A stretch of 64,000 nucleotides of DNA from Lama glama. Lineage: Eukaryota. Position 1 is the stretch's first letter; each line of letters opens with the position of its first letter. This document shows positions 1 to 13,705 of the stretch, piece by piece. The stretch spans positions 34,784,001 to 34,848,000 of the forward strand of contig CM052816.1 in NCBI GenBank assembly GCA_028534125.1. Reading direction: 5' to 3'. The notes under the pieces were generated by a model. That model saw nothing but the letters and a program-made list of their open reading frames with translations, was not told the DNA's origin and did no database searches. Position numbers and translations under genes: made by a program.

Positions 1-624
1 GGGATGTTTACTTTCCTGAAGGTCCCTGATTGTCAGCAAGACAGCTGACCTTTTACAACTGTTTGCTCAGTGACCTTATGGACTCTCAATCCAAACTCTG
101 CTTTGACAGTGGGCAGAGCCTAGCAGTTGCCCTGAAGGCAATGGGGTGGGACTGACCTTGGTTTCCTCAGCTTTCCCATGCTCAGCGCTTCTCAGAACCT
201 TTCTGCTTCTGTGTATAAAAACAGCGTAGCAGCTTTCAAGAACATTTGAAAAGAAAAAAGTACTGTGAAAAACAATAATCCCGGTAGCCAACTGCACAGA
301 GAAGAGAGTTTGTGAGTTCTAAGTCTCTGTATTCCATGTGTTTAGTAAATGAGTTCAGGGTTCCTAACTTATATTCTTAAAAGCGTTATGCATGTACACA
401 CACACTCAATCTTTTTTTGCTTTTAATGACTGTTTCCTGATTCTCTTAGTTTCTTGGAGACAAAGGTGAGCAGCACCTGACACGTGTTCCTTTCCATGCC
501 TTTGTCCGTATGAGTATAAAGTTTCACATAGTTGCATTATAATGTGCATACAATTTTCTACCCTTCTTTAGGCATTTAACATAAAACCATAAGCAATATG
601 TCAGTGTTGCTGCATAATAGCCTT

Positions 625-850
625 CATAGTTTAGCGTGGGGAGTTTTGGTGTCTAACAGAGGGGTCAAGTCCTACCTCTGTCACTTAGTGCTTGTATTAC
701 CTTGGATAGTTAACATCTCTGGGAATCACTTAGCTCCTAAAATAGGGTCAAAAATATCTGCCTTGTGCTGTCAGTAGAAATAAATGAGGTATGGGATGCA
801 AAATCTTAATGTTGACCTGTACTAAATATGCAATAAATTTTAGCTAAAAA
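625..850 (+). mobile_element. MIR SINE, degenerate
   Basis: MIR-core-like text (gtcaagtcctacctctgtcacttag...accttggatagttaacatctct...aaataaatgagg). Confidence 0.55.
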
Positions 851-921
851 TAACCTTCATAAAATATAAATGTTTAGGTAATATAATATCCCATCAAGTA
901 TAAAATGATAGTTATTTTTGA

Positions 922-2675
922 TTTTTTTAATTGAAGTATAGTCAATTTATAATGTGTTATTTTCTGTTGTACAGCATAGTGTTCATTTGTACATATATAT
1001 ATTCCTTTTCATATCCTTTTTCATTATAGGCTATTACAAGATATTGAATATAGTTCCCTGTGCTATATAGTAAGACCTTGTTGTATATCTATTTTATATA
1101 TAATAATTAGTATCTGCAAATCCTGAACCCCCAGTTTATCCCTCCACCACCACTCCTTCCCCCCCTGGTAACCATAAGTTTGTTTTCTGTGTCTGTAAGT
1201 CTGTTTATGTTTTGTAAATAAGTTCATTTGTGTCTTTTTTTAAGATTCCACATTTAAGTAATATCAAATGGTATTTTTCTCCTTCTGGCTTACTTCACTT
1301 AGAATGATGATCTCCAGGTCCATCCATGTTGCTGCAAATGGCATTATTTTATTCTTTCTTATGGCTGAGTAGTATTCTATAAATATACCACAGCTTCTTT
1401 ATCCAGTCATCTCTCGATGAAATTTTAGGTTGTTTCCATGTCTTGGCTATTGTAAATAATGCTGCTATGAACATTGGGGTGCATGTATCTTTTCGAGTTA
1501 CAGTTCCCTTTGGACCTATATACCCAGGAGTGGGATTGCTGGCTCATGGGGTGAGTCTATCTTTAGTTTTTTGAGGAATCTCGATACTGTTTTCCATAAC
1601 GGCTGCACCAAACTACATTCCCACCAGTAGTTTAGGAGGGTTTCCTGTTCTCCATACCCGCTCCAGCATTTATTGTTTGTGAACTTTTTAATGATGCCCA
1701 TTCTGACTGTTGTGAGGTGATACCTCATTGTAGTTCTGTAACCAAGCAGGCCCTTGTGGAGCCTTCCCAGGACAGACCCCCTCCTCCATTTCCTCTGCTG
1801 TAGCTCCTCTCTGAAGTACCCAGATAATAGTATCATGTGTATTTACTAAGTTTTTCTGATACTTAAAACTACCACCAAAGAAAAGAAATTAACTACTTGA
1901 TGATAGAGAGCACAAGGCTCCCAGACCTTCTGGCACCTAGGGGCTGATAGTGTTGACCACCCTGTTACCTCAGCATCAGCCAGTCAGAGAACTGTGCACG
2001 AGCTGATCACACACCCTGCGACCCCTCTCCCTCACTTGCCTTTAAATATGCATTGCTGAAACCCTTCAGGGAGCTGGGGGTTTTCTTGGGCATGAGCCAC
2101 CCCACCTTCTTTGCTTGGCTCTGCAATAAGCCTTTCTCTGCTCTAAACTCTGACATTTCAGTTTGTTCAGCCTCACTGTGCATTGGGTGCACAAACTTGC
2201 ATCCAGTAACAGTTCTGGTTTGCATTTCTCTGATAATTACTGATATTGAACATTTTTTGTGTGCCTATTGGCCATTTGTATGTGTTCATTGGAGAAATGT
2301 CTGTTTAGGTCTTCTGCCCATTTTTTAATTGGGTTGTTTGTTTTTTTGTTATTGAGTTGCACGAGCTGTTTGTATATTCTGGATATTAAGCCCTTGTCAA
2401 TCGCATGGTTTACAAATACCTTCTCCTATTCCATAAGTTGTATTTTCATTTTGTTTATGTTTCCTTTGCTGTGCAGAAACTTATAAGTTTAATTAGGTCC
2501 CATTTGTTTATTTTTGCCTTTATTTCTATTGCCTTGGTAGACTGACTTGGAGAAACATTGCTACAATTTATATTAATGTTTTGCTTATGTTCTCTTCTAT
2601 GTGGTTTGTGGTGTTTTGTCTTATGTTTAAGTCTTTAAGCCATTTTGAGTTTATTTTTGTGCATGGTGTGAGAAG
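922..2675 (-). mobile_element. 5'-truncated L1 (3' UTR + ORF2 C-terminus), interrupted by an LTR
   Basis: Poly-T then a typical L1 3' UTR. ORF 1516..1836(-) contains ORF2 C-terminal motifs ([29 protein letters not shown]). Probable TSD gttatttttga (911-921) / gttgtttttga (2676-2686). Confidence 0.9.
1737..2211 (+). mobile_element. ERV1-class solo LTR (475 bp)
   Basis: TGTAAC...GTAACA termini with a 4-bp TSD GTTC (1733-1736, 2212-2215). TATA-like tttaaata near 2041 and a polyA-like aataag. The L1 sequence resumes seamlessly on both sides. Confidence 0.9.
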
Positions 2676-2749
2676 GTTGTTTTTGAGATATAACCACTAA
2701 CATGATGAAATGCTTATTATGCACTCCCATCTCTTTAAATTCCAATTTC

Positions 2750-2847
2750 ACATTTGGCGACATAAACGTATATCAAATCGTCATACTGTACACCTTAAAC
2801 CTGCACAATGTTTTATGATAAATATATCTCAGTAAAGCTGGAAAAAT
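2750..2847 (+). mobile_element. Short L1 3'-end fragment
   Basis: tgtacaccttaaacc...tatatctcagtaaagctggaaaaa is an L1M 3' terminus signature. Confidence 0.65.
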
Positions 2848-4856
2848 AATTCTAATTTCAGCCCCTTGGGTCTGATGCTCATCTCTTGTCACAGAGTGCA
2901 GTGGCCTCTCTATCTAATTACAGTCCTTTCATGTGGGAATGTATTTCAGTTGATTCCCTCTGTGCCCTTTCCTTCCTTCATCCTGGATACACATTGCTTC
3001 TAACAAAAATATTCGCCTGCTGGTATTTTTGTTTACACTGAGGATATTCATGGGCTGATCCCTAGATTTATCGTGTGGTAGTCAACATTGCATGCAATAT
3101 GGAGTAGAATTTCAGGATGTTTGCATAACGGGAGACTAAATGGTTAAGCATCCAGTAAATGAATAGAGGCTTTGTGGAGATCAAACATGTGTTAATGAGG
3201 AAGTTGTCAACTTCACAGGTTCTGTTTAAATCCTTGTATTATCTGTGAAACCAAGGAAACAGGAAGAATAAATTCTTCAGATTACTGCAGAGAGAGAGGA
3301 GGACTTTGGCCAGAAAGTTCTTTTTTTTTTTTTAATTACTAAAGCCCTGTAAATAAATAAATAGCACTGATTTACATGTAAAATTTTCTTATTACTATCT
3401 ATAAATATGATTGATCTTTGTGGTAGTTAAGGGCAGTGAAATTTTACTAAAGTTTGGCTTTGTTTCATTTTGCTTTGATGAGAGGAGTGTCACGATTGGG
3501 ATGATATACTGGACAAGGTACTTAATTATAGTCTACAGAATCCACTTTTGCAAATTTGAGCAGCAAAGGAATTGGTGAGAGGATATTAGGTAGGGCCAGA
3601 GGATCCAACAATAAACCTGAACATCCGTAAGCAGTAACCAACCACTCCTTTTTTAAGCAGAAATACTACTAACACTAGCACTTGGCACTTACAATGCTCA
3701 GAATTGGATTTCAGAATCACTGCCACTCCCTGCCCCCAAAAACAAGATTCTTCCACCCTTTGGCTTGCCAAAAGACCAATATTCCTAGATGCACCTGCTT
3801 CCTCACGTGCTCCCTCCAGATCTGTCTCACTAGGATAGTCTGATTAAAGGAAGCTAGCTCATGCCTGCCCCCTAATGCAGGACGTTTGGGACTGCAATTT
3901 CTGCCTTCTTTAGGAAGGTGAAACATACAATGTGGGGGAAATTATCATTATGTTAAGAGAGTGCTCAAACATGATAGGTAGCTCAAGTGATGAACATACT
4001 TTACAGACTTAACTTATTCTGAGTGTTCGATTTACACTGATTGTGGATTTCTGTGCCTGAGGAGAAATTTCCTGCTGCCAAGTACTTTCCAGCTCTCTGG
4101 AGATGGACTTCACATTCCTCAGATCCCAGAATGTTCAGATTCTTTGCTGCTCAAAGAAAATGTGCATTCATGAAACGTGTGCCCTGTTTCCTCCGTTACT
4201 CCACTCACCAGCATACCCAGTGTTAACATGGGATATTGAGGTGATTCATTTATGACTAGATAGAATTGTAACAAAAGAAACAGGAGAAAATTGTTTCTTA
4301 TAAATTTGATGGCATAAGAGGGAAATAGGATAGATGGATAAGATAATTAGAAAAGTCTTACAATGCAAGAAAATATATAATTGCACCATTATTATGCATG
4401 TAATCCTAAGACAGAATGTTAACTACTCATTCTAATTGGAAATATGATTAAAATAGTCAATGTTTCCAAATAATAACTGTAGAGTAGTTAGATGGGAGGA
4501 AAATAAACCTGTTCTTCAGTGGTATATTTAGAAACCTTATCCATCTTTGACATTCATAGCTAAGAAGAATTCAATCTGTTTTGTTAAATCTAATTGTAGG
4601 CCAAATAATTAGTGCATGGAGAGAATTAATGAAGATATGTCAAGGTAATCACAAACAAGGTTTGAATTTACTAATTTTACTGATTTTACTAATGATGAGT
4701 TTCTCACTGGATCATCTGTATGCACTGAAAACGTTCTAATATTACTTAATATACTTAATAATATCTTTAAAAAATCATAAATATAGTATGTTTACTAGAG
4801 AAAATTTAGAAATACAGGTAGCCAAAAAAAGGAAGAAAAAAGAAACCTTATCACCT

Positions 4857-5240
4857 TGTGTGATTTAGTCTGCTCAGGCTGCCATAACAAAATATCAAAG
4901 GTTGGGTGGCTCAAACAGAAATGTACTTTCTCATAGTTGTGGAGGCTAGCACTCCCAGATCAAGGTGTGAGCCAATTTGGTTCCTGTTGAGAGCTCTTTT
5001 GCTGGCTTGTGGATGGCTGCCTTCTCACTGTGTCCTCACATGGTGGAGGGAGAGAAAGAGCAAGCAAGTTTTCTGATGTCTCGTCTTATGAGGGCACTAA
5101 TCCCATCATGAAGGGCTGCCCTCTGACCTCATCTAACTTTAATTACCTCCAGAAGGTCTCATCTGCAGATAGCATCACTTTGGAGGTTAAGGCTTCAACA
5201 TATCAATTTTGAGGAGACACATCACAATTCTGACCATAAC
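4857..5240 (-). mobile_element. MaLR LTR, MLT1A-like
   Basis: ttagtctgctcaggctgccataacaaaata...tctcactgtgtcctcacatgg...gttaaggcttcaacatat...ccataac. Confidence 0.85.
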
Positions 5241-6739
5241 CCCTGTTGAATATTTTAATTCTATTTTTCATAAGAACAAAAACAAATTTTGTTAAAAATG
5301 AAAATGATTTATAACTTCTGTTTTTTATTTAATACTATTCTGAGAATATCTTTCTACTTAGTTGTATAATTACATAATTAAATATGTAAAAATAGTTTAA
5401 ACATCTTCCAGTATTACTCTGTAACATTACAGTTAATGTAACATAAAATTCTACCCTAAGTATATACTCTACTTAGTTTCCCAGTTCACCTACTGCTGGA
5501 AATTTGTATTTTTTTATAATTTTAAAATAGTACTATAAAGAATATTCTTATAATAACTTCTCTGTTGCATGCCTATAATTATTCTGTGTAGTGGAATTTC
5601 TGGGGCAAAGGCTAAGCATATTTTAAGGCTTTTGGTAGCACTGCCAAATTTCCCTTGAGAAAGTTTATTCCAAATATATTGTCCGTTAGCAATATAAGAA
5701 AACCTGTTCTGGATGTCTTCATCCTTAACCTATATTAACACAGGGTACAATCAGCCTTAAAATGTTACCAAAGATAGTACAGTTTTGTTTTAATTCAAAT
5801 TCTGTTGTATAAAAGTTTTCAATCAACCTTTACTCTTAGAGTGTCTGTCTATCATTAGAAAGATCTTCTCTACTTCAAAATTGAATAAGCTTTCACATGT
5901 ATTTTAATCTTCACTTTTAAAATCTTGTGTGCATTTACATTTTACATACATCTGGAATTCATTTCAGAGTTAAAAATACTTTTTTGAGTGATTAGCAAGT
6001 TGTTCCATTGTTTTCGGAAATTGAGTACAATTATGCATAAAATTTTGTTATTTTCTACACAAAGAAAAAATTCTAATTAGTGAAATATATAAGTAGGCCT
6101 TGTTTAAAGGGTCCTTAAAGTAGCCCTCATGGGTTATACTCTGAGTGTCATGTTATTATAAAGGTCATATGGATTGACTCCAGCCAGTTGTTAGTAATGT
6201 TATTTTTAAAACATTATGTGAACATGACGTGTTATAACTCCTAGAATAACAATCCTGAAAATTTTATCTCCACATACACAATTTGGCTCCAGCATGGGAG
6301 GTTGTACATAATTTTCTCCATAAGTGTACCTCATTCTGATACTGAAATCAGCAACACTTAAGACTACAAACATAATTAATTTTGATGTGTCAAATTAGTC
6401 GTTGCTGTTTCTTGATATTTCCAACAAGGATATTGGTTGCTATCATGATTTTAACAAAAATAGCTATACAATAAAATCTTTAAGTGCATTTTCCAGTTCA
6501 CTTAGAACTTCAAACTGCCACTAGATGGAGTCATTAAGTCTTTTCTAAATGGGGTCCAACATAATGTTATGATCTTAGAGCAAAAGATCTGTAATGTTTT
6601 AGCACTCCAACGCAGGTAATTATTAACTCATCTCTGGACAGCCGTGATTTTAGCTGAATTGGAATGAATGCCAAATTTATTTCTTTAGCAAAAAATTTTT
6701 GCTAGTAAATGTTGCAAGTTAGCCTTAGAAGTTTTCTTC

Positions 6740-7960
6740 TCAAGATGAGTATACAAAACCCAATAACATAATTGTATTTGTACTCACAATAACCAATTGT
6801 AAAACATAATATATAGATGATCCCATTCATAGTAAGTACACAAAGGGTAAAGTACTCAGGAATAATTCTAGCAAGAGATGTGCAAGGCTTTTATATAGAA
6901 AATTATCAAGCACTACTAAATAGCATTAAAAAGTTCTAAAAAAAATGAAGAGATATACAATGTTCATGGATGGAAAGACTAAATGTTGTAAAGACATCAG
7001 TTTCTGCAGACTGATCTACATATTTCATACAATTTCAATCAAAATATGAATACAGTTGTTTTGTGTAAGTTAATAAACTGATACTAAATCCATATATAAC
7101 ACATGACTTAAAATAGTATGTTCAATTTGAAGAAGAACCTTATGGGAGTAACTTGCCTTACTTAAACAATGGAACAAAAATACAAATCCAAGTAAAACAT
7201 CCATTACGGCATCCAAAAACTCAAAGAAAGGAGAATTCGCATCCAAAAACTCAAAGAAAGGAGAATTCGTGTTGGAAAACATTAAATCAAAATAAAATTA
7301 AAATTTTATCTCACAAAGGTGAAAAATAAATTCCAGGACAACCACGAACCCAGATATTTTCACCATAGCTTTAAAAGTGTAAGAAGAAAATGTAGAAGTT
7401 TGTTTTTTCTCATTTCAGAATAGGGAAGAATTTTTTAAATAGGACATTATAAGGACAAAATGAAAAGACAAGTGGTAAATTTTCCCACATTAACTTCTGT
7501 GCATCAAAATATAACACAAAGGAGAAAAGACAACCCCTGACTGAGATATTTGCAACACATACACAAATATGTTTTTTTGATAGATAAAATTTTTTAAATA
7601 AATAATCTATATAAAAATGACAGTCATTTACAGTATAGGAAATCTAAGTGGTCCATAAACTTAGGAAAAGATGTTTAAATTCACTAAAACAGCAAGTTGT
7701 TTATTGATATTTATTTGTGTATCAAATTAGAAAGAAATTCTGGAAAATAATATGTATCAAGCTCATGATCATGTTATTTCTGGGAAGAGTGGAAAGGGAC
7801 ACCCAGAAAACTTCAACTGTTTCATTTCCTTTATAAAAAAACTAAAACAAATAGAAAGAATATTAAGATTTGATGAAGGTGAGGGAAAAATACACAGATA
7901 TTATTTATATATTTAAAATATGCCATACTTTAAAGAGCTTTTTACTTCAACATTCAAATT
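6740..7960 (+). mobile_element. Old L1M (ORF2 3' region/3' UTR) fragments
   Basis: A-rich, with degenerate ORF2 text (tgttcatggatggaaagactaaatgttgtaaagacatcag). Confidence 0.65.
7209..7269. repeat. Perfect 30-bp tandem duplication
   Basis: GCATCCAAAAACTCAAAGAAAGGAGAATTC x2. Confidence 0.95.
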
Positions 7961-9434
7961 TTATTTTTAAAGAAATAAGAATGTCAGTTCAGCTATTCCT
8001 AGTAGCCTCACAGTTACAGTCATTTTTACAATCCTATCTTATTTTTGTTTTTATGGAGCAATATTAATAGAAAACAGAAAAGTAGGTTCTGTCTTTTTGG
8101 GTTTATTAAAAATGATTCTTTCTTGAACTTTCTCACAAGAACTAGAATTTTCATTTTGATTCTTCTTTTCAAGAGACAGTAACATATGTTTCTACCTGTA
8201 GAAGCTTGCAGACTATTAAAATCATATTTCTAGAACCCCGTAATATCATTGAAAGTTTTTTTTTCCAAGTAATTTTGCTGTTATCAGCTTGATTTTCAGA
8301 ATCACTCATTTTGCAGTTACCCTAGCTGAATCAAGAAAAAGCCAAAAAGAAATTGTAATTGTATACTTTGCGCAACAAAGATAGAGTTCTGCTGGCGAGA
8401 TTCCTCCATAACCACTACTTTCCATTTTAATGTAATACATGTAGGGCCCCCACTTACAAATAATTATATTAAATTATACACTAAGTGGGAAAAAAATCTT
8501 GGCCGTATCTCTTCAGGAAATTGGATCAAATGGCAAGAGCTACTTCTCTCACACTGCTATCAGTCTTCACCAAACAAAGTTAATTTGCAAAAGGCATTTT
8601 TACTTTCAGCTTTCCACAAATTATACCCCAGTTACCTGAAGTAAAGGAAGGAAACTTTTAGTGATTTATTTATATTCCATGAGAAACAAGACACATTTTG
8701 ATCCCTTTCTACATATCTCTGCACTAAATCAACTATCCTCTTTATCCTTTTGTTCCTTAAAATATAAAATTCACATGCCTTTTGATCCAACCAGGGAAAA
8801 CTTCAAAGTATAAATGCTAACTTTGTTCCACATCTTGGAAATTTGCAAGCTAAGGAGAAAAATATGAGAATCGATAGAGAAGAAGGTGCTTGTGTGAAAG
8901 AGATAACATTTTCCTTTCCTTTTAAAAATTGCTTTTAGAGAATACTCACTTGCTTAAAAAGTAAATGGATGTCAGTTGTCAACTGACTTTTAGAAGAACA
9001 TGAGATACATTTCCCAGCTTCTGGTTTACATGGTATGCTAAGTTAGGATTAACTATAGAACAAATTTGACAATTAGATATACCCTGAGAGTTGCCCATGA
9101 AATTAATTATTTAAATTATTTTCCTGATCATTGTAGAAAATTTGGAAAATATAGATTAGTTATATTTTCACTTAGTATTGTACTGTAAATACAGAATATT
9201 AAATAAACAGTAAATATTTGAAAGTTTTAAAGTTTTCAGATTTGAAAATGGACCCCAATGGAAATAAAATTTTAAATGAAATGAGTATCTGTGCTCCAGT
9301 CTTGCTTTACTGGAATAGTTGGGTATAATTTTATCAGTCTAAGAAGTTATCTACCTATATCAGGCTTTAAAATACTTGTCAAAAATCATTTGCCTAAAAA
9401 ACATTTTATTATTTTAAAATATTAAGTTGGTCTT

Positions 9435-10450
9435 TTCCCCCCAATTTTATTGAAATATAGTTGACATACAGCACTGTATATAAGTTTCAAGTGTACATAA
9501 CAATGACTTGACTTTACATATACAATGAAATGATTATTAAAATAAATTACGTGATACTCATCATCTCATATAGATATAAAATTACAAAATAATGGCTATA
9601 TTTCCCTGTGCTGTACAATATATACTTGTTGCTTATCTATTTTATACACAGTAATTTGTATCCCTTAATTCCATACCCCTATGTTGCCCCTCCCCACTTC
9701 CTCTTCCCAACTGGCAACCATTAGTTTGTTCTCTATATCTGTGAGTCTGTTTCTGTTTTGTTCTATACAATTATTTCCTTTATTTCTTACATTCCACATA
9801 TAGGTGATAACATACCATATTTGCCTTTCTCTACCTGACTTATTTCACTAAGTATAAGTACTCTCTTGGTACACATTGTTGTAAATGGCAGAATTTCAGG
9901 GTTTTTATGTCTGACTAATATTCTGTTGTATCTATATACACCACATCTTCTTTATCCATTCATATGTTGATGGACACTTAAGTTGCTTCCATATCTTGGA
10001 AGTTCCAACTAATGCTGCTATGAACATTGGGTTGCCTGTATCTTTTCAAATTAGTGTTCTGCTTTGTTTTATCCCAATATGTACCCAGCAGTGGAACTGC
10101 TGGATATATGATAGTTCTACTTTTAGTTTTTTGGGGAAATTCCATGCTATTTTCCATAGTGGCTGCACTAATTTACGTTTCCATCAAGAGAGTATAAGGG
10201 TTCTCTTTTCACCACGTCCTCCATAAAATTTGTTATTTGTACATTTTCTTGATGATAGCCATTCTAACAAGTGTGAAGTGAAGTCTTATTGTGGTTTTGA
10301 TATGCATTTCTCTAATAATTAGTGGTGTTGAGCATCTTTTCATATGCCTGTTAGCCATCTGTATGACTTCTTTGGAAAAAAATGTCTGTTGAGGCTTTCT
10401 GCCCATTTTTTAAATTAGATTGTTTGTTTTTTGATACTGACTTATGTGAA

Positions 10451-10504
<54 letters not shown>

Positions 10505-13500
10505 TGATATTAACCCTTTATCAGTCATATAATTTGCAAATACTGTCTCCCATTCAGTTGGTTGTCTTTTTGCTTTGTTGATGGTTTCCTTTACTATGCA
10601 AAAGTTTTTAAAGTTTAATTAGGCTTCATTTGTTTATTTTTGCTTTTATTTATTTATTTTTTTTTGCCTTAGGAGATAGACCAAAAAATATTGCTACAAT
10701 GTATGTCAAAGAATGTTCTGCCTGTGTTCTCTCCTAGGAGTATTATGGTTTTAGGTCTTACATTTAGATTGTTAATCCATTTTGAGGGTATTTTTGTACA
10801 CAGTATGAGGAAATGTTCTAATATCATTCTTTTATATTCCCTCTATACCAACATTGATTAGAATTTTTATGAATAGATGTTGAATTTTGTCAAATACTTT
10901 TTCTGTCTGTTGAGATAATCATGTGATTTTTATCCATTCTTTTGTTAATGTGGTGTATCATGTTGGATTTGCAAACATTGAATCATCTTTGCATCCCTAG
11001 AATAAATCCCACTTGATCATGGTGTATAATCCTTTTTATATATTGCTGACTTCAGTTTGCTAGTGTTTTGTTAAGAATTTTTGCATCTATATTCATCAAA
11101 GATATTGGCCCATATTGCCTTTTCTTGTTGTATATTAATCTAAGTTTGTTATCAGGTTAATGATAGCCTTGTAGAATGAATTTGAGAATGTTCTGTCCTC
11201 TTCAGTTTTTGAAACAGTTTGAGAAGGATAGATAGTAGCTCTTCTTTATATTGGTAGAATTCCCCTGTGAAGATATCCAGTCCTGAATTTTTGTTTGCTA
11301 AGAGTTTTTGGGTTTTTTTTTTAAATTCACTTTCACTACTAGTGTGATTGGTTTGTTCAGACTGTCTGTTTCTTCCTGATTCAGTCTTTCCTAGTGGGAT
11401 TTTCCCTTTCCTATAGATCTTTTACTTCTTATTATAGCCTTTTCTTTTCCACTTTGAGAAAATCCTTTAACAGTTCTTTTAGGGTAGGTTTAGTATTGAT
11501 GCACTTTTCCAGTTTGTGTTTGTTTGAGTTCTTTATCCTCCTTCAATTCTAAGTGGTAATCTCACTGATTAGAGCATCCTGGGTTGTATGCTTTCATCTT
11601 TAGCATTTTGAATACATCACACATTCCCTTCTGGCTTACGAAGTTTCTGCAGAAAAAAATCACCTGGTAGCCTTATAGCGAGGGTGACTCTGTTTTTCTC
11701 TTGCTACTTTTAGATTTCTCTCTTTAACTTTTGCCATTTTAATTATGACATTTCTTGGTCTGGGTCTGTTCGCATTCATCTTGTTTGGGACCCTCTATCC
11801 TCCTGTAGCTGGATATCTGTGTCATTCTTCAGTTTGGGGAAGTTTTCAGCCATAATTCCATCAAAAACATGTTTCACTACTTTCTCTCTTCTCCTTCTGG
11901 GACCCCCTATAATGCAAATGTTGGTTTGTTTGACATTATCCCAGAAATCACTCAAAATTTTCTCATTTTTTAAGTTTGCTTCTCTTTTTGCTGTTCTGAT
12001 TGGGTGATATTTATTATTCTATCTTCCAGATAACATGCATTTTTCTGTTACTTAGTCTGCTATTAATATCTTTTAGTGTGTTTTTTATTTCAGTTATTAT
12101 ATTCTTTAGTTCTGACTGATTCTTCTTTATATTTTCTAGTTCCTTGTTAAAATTCTTACTGTGTTTATCTATCTTTTCTGTAATTCAATTAGCATTCTTA
12201 TTTCTAATGCTTTGAATTTTTTATCTGGTAAATTGTGTATTTCTGTTTCATTATTTATTTTCTAAGGATTTTTCTCTTGCTGTTTCATTTGAGAACAGCT
12301 CCTCTGTATTCTCATTTTGCTTAACCTTCTATGTCTGTATGGATTTAGGTGAAACAGTTACCTACTGTGCTTTGAAAGAATATCTTTATGTGGGAGCATA
12401 CTTTTACCCTCTTTGTTGCTCAGTGCCTTTGGTGGGAGAGCTGGATTTGACTTGCAAACAAGTCCTGTCTTTCCTCAGGCTTTGCTGGCATCTATCACCT
12501 TAGTAGGAGGTGGGGCTGGAGGTGGAGCTCCACATCTTAGGGTCAGAGCCAAGTATGAGCAAGGCTTCCCCACAGGCCATCATTGCCCTATCCGGGCTGG
12601 GATCTGATCCCAAGTTGCTGGAGCAGACTCTCTGAAGGTCAGGTCTGAGCTGGCTCTGTTTCCTTTAAAAGTAGGCCCTCCCTTCTCTTAGAACTGGGAC
12701 CCTTGCCCTCCAGGGAGCATGGCTGGAGCAAGAGGGGCCCTTGCAGGCTCTTGGCTGGTTAAGAGACAAGGGCTATAATGGGCTGGCCACAGACAGGCAT
12801 CCAGTCTCCAATGTGCTACCTGTGCAAGCACTAGCAATGGCTGTTCCCACCCTGTTCAGATGCAGCCTCAGGCTTGAGTCTCCTTCACAGCCGATCACTC
12901 CCTCAAGTCTCCGCCACCCCCCTCCCCCACCGCCCTATTGTGAATCTGTGCCATGCGGTATGTAGCCCTTTGTGGGTTCTCAGTGTGTGCGGGGCACAGG
13001 CTGTGATAGCCAAACCTCTGTCAGAGATCAGGACCACCCCTGTTGCACTCCCTCTGTAAGCACCAGCAATGGCTGCCTCTACCCCGACTCAGATATTTCC
13101 TCAGATCCAAGTCACCTCTACATCCCATGGCCAAGATCTCTCCTTAGTTGTGATAGCCCTCTATCCAACACTGAGTTGCAATGTGAAGTAAGCAGGGCTA
13201 GAGCAATTGTTTGCCTCGCTTGGGGTGTGTGCTGAGGTAGTTGCAAGAAACCTGGCAGCCACTCAATCCACCCTCCCCTCCCTGCCTCAAGGGCAAGGCA
13301 GTGCAGTGCGTTCCTCAGATGTGGAGTCCAGGCTTCCCACAGCCCTCCTCTTAGTGCCAGCAGCTCTCCAACCAGCCAAGGGGGCTCATCTTCCCTGAGT
13401 TGAAACAGAAGTGAGGTGCTCAGTACGTGGCTCAAACTGCCCATTCCCCAGAGTGCATCTCCTGTGTAATCTCCCTTTTCCTCTGAGTCCCCTCCTAGGG

Positions 13501-13705
13501 GCACAGGTCCTGACCTAATTGCTTCTCTTCCCTTCTGACCCTATTCCTTGTGGCTCTCTCTTACAGCCTTAGTTGTGCAGGAGTCTTTCTGCCAGTTTCC
13601 AGTTAGTTTTCAGTGGGAATTGTTCCACAAGTAGATGTATTTTTGATGTGTTCTTGCAGGGAGTGATTTTCATGTCCTCCTACTCCACCATCTTGATTGA
13701 TTTCC
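9435..13705 (-). mobile_element. L1 with both termini and internal deletions (~4.3 kb)
   Basis: 3' UTR at the left, ORF2 and ORF1 remnants, and a GC-richer 5' UTR at ~12300-13705 starting GGAAATCAATCAAGATGG on the - strand. TSD TTAAGTTGGTCTT (9422-9434) / TTAAATTGGTCTT (13706-13718). Confidence 0.9.
10456..10502. repeat. (TA)n microsatellite, ~23 units
   Basis: Direct reading. Confidence 0.95.
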
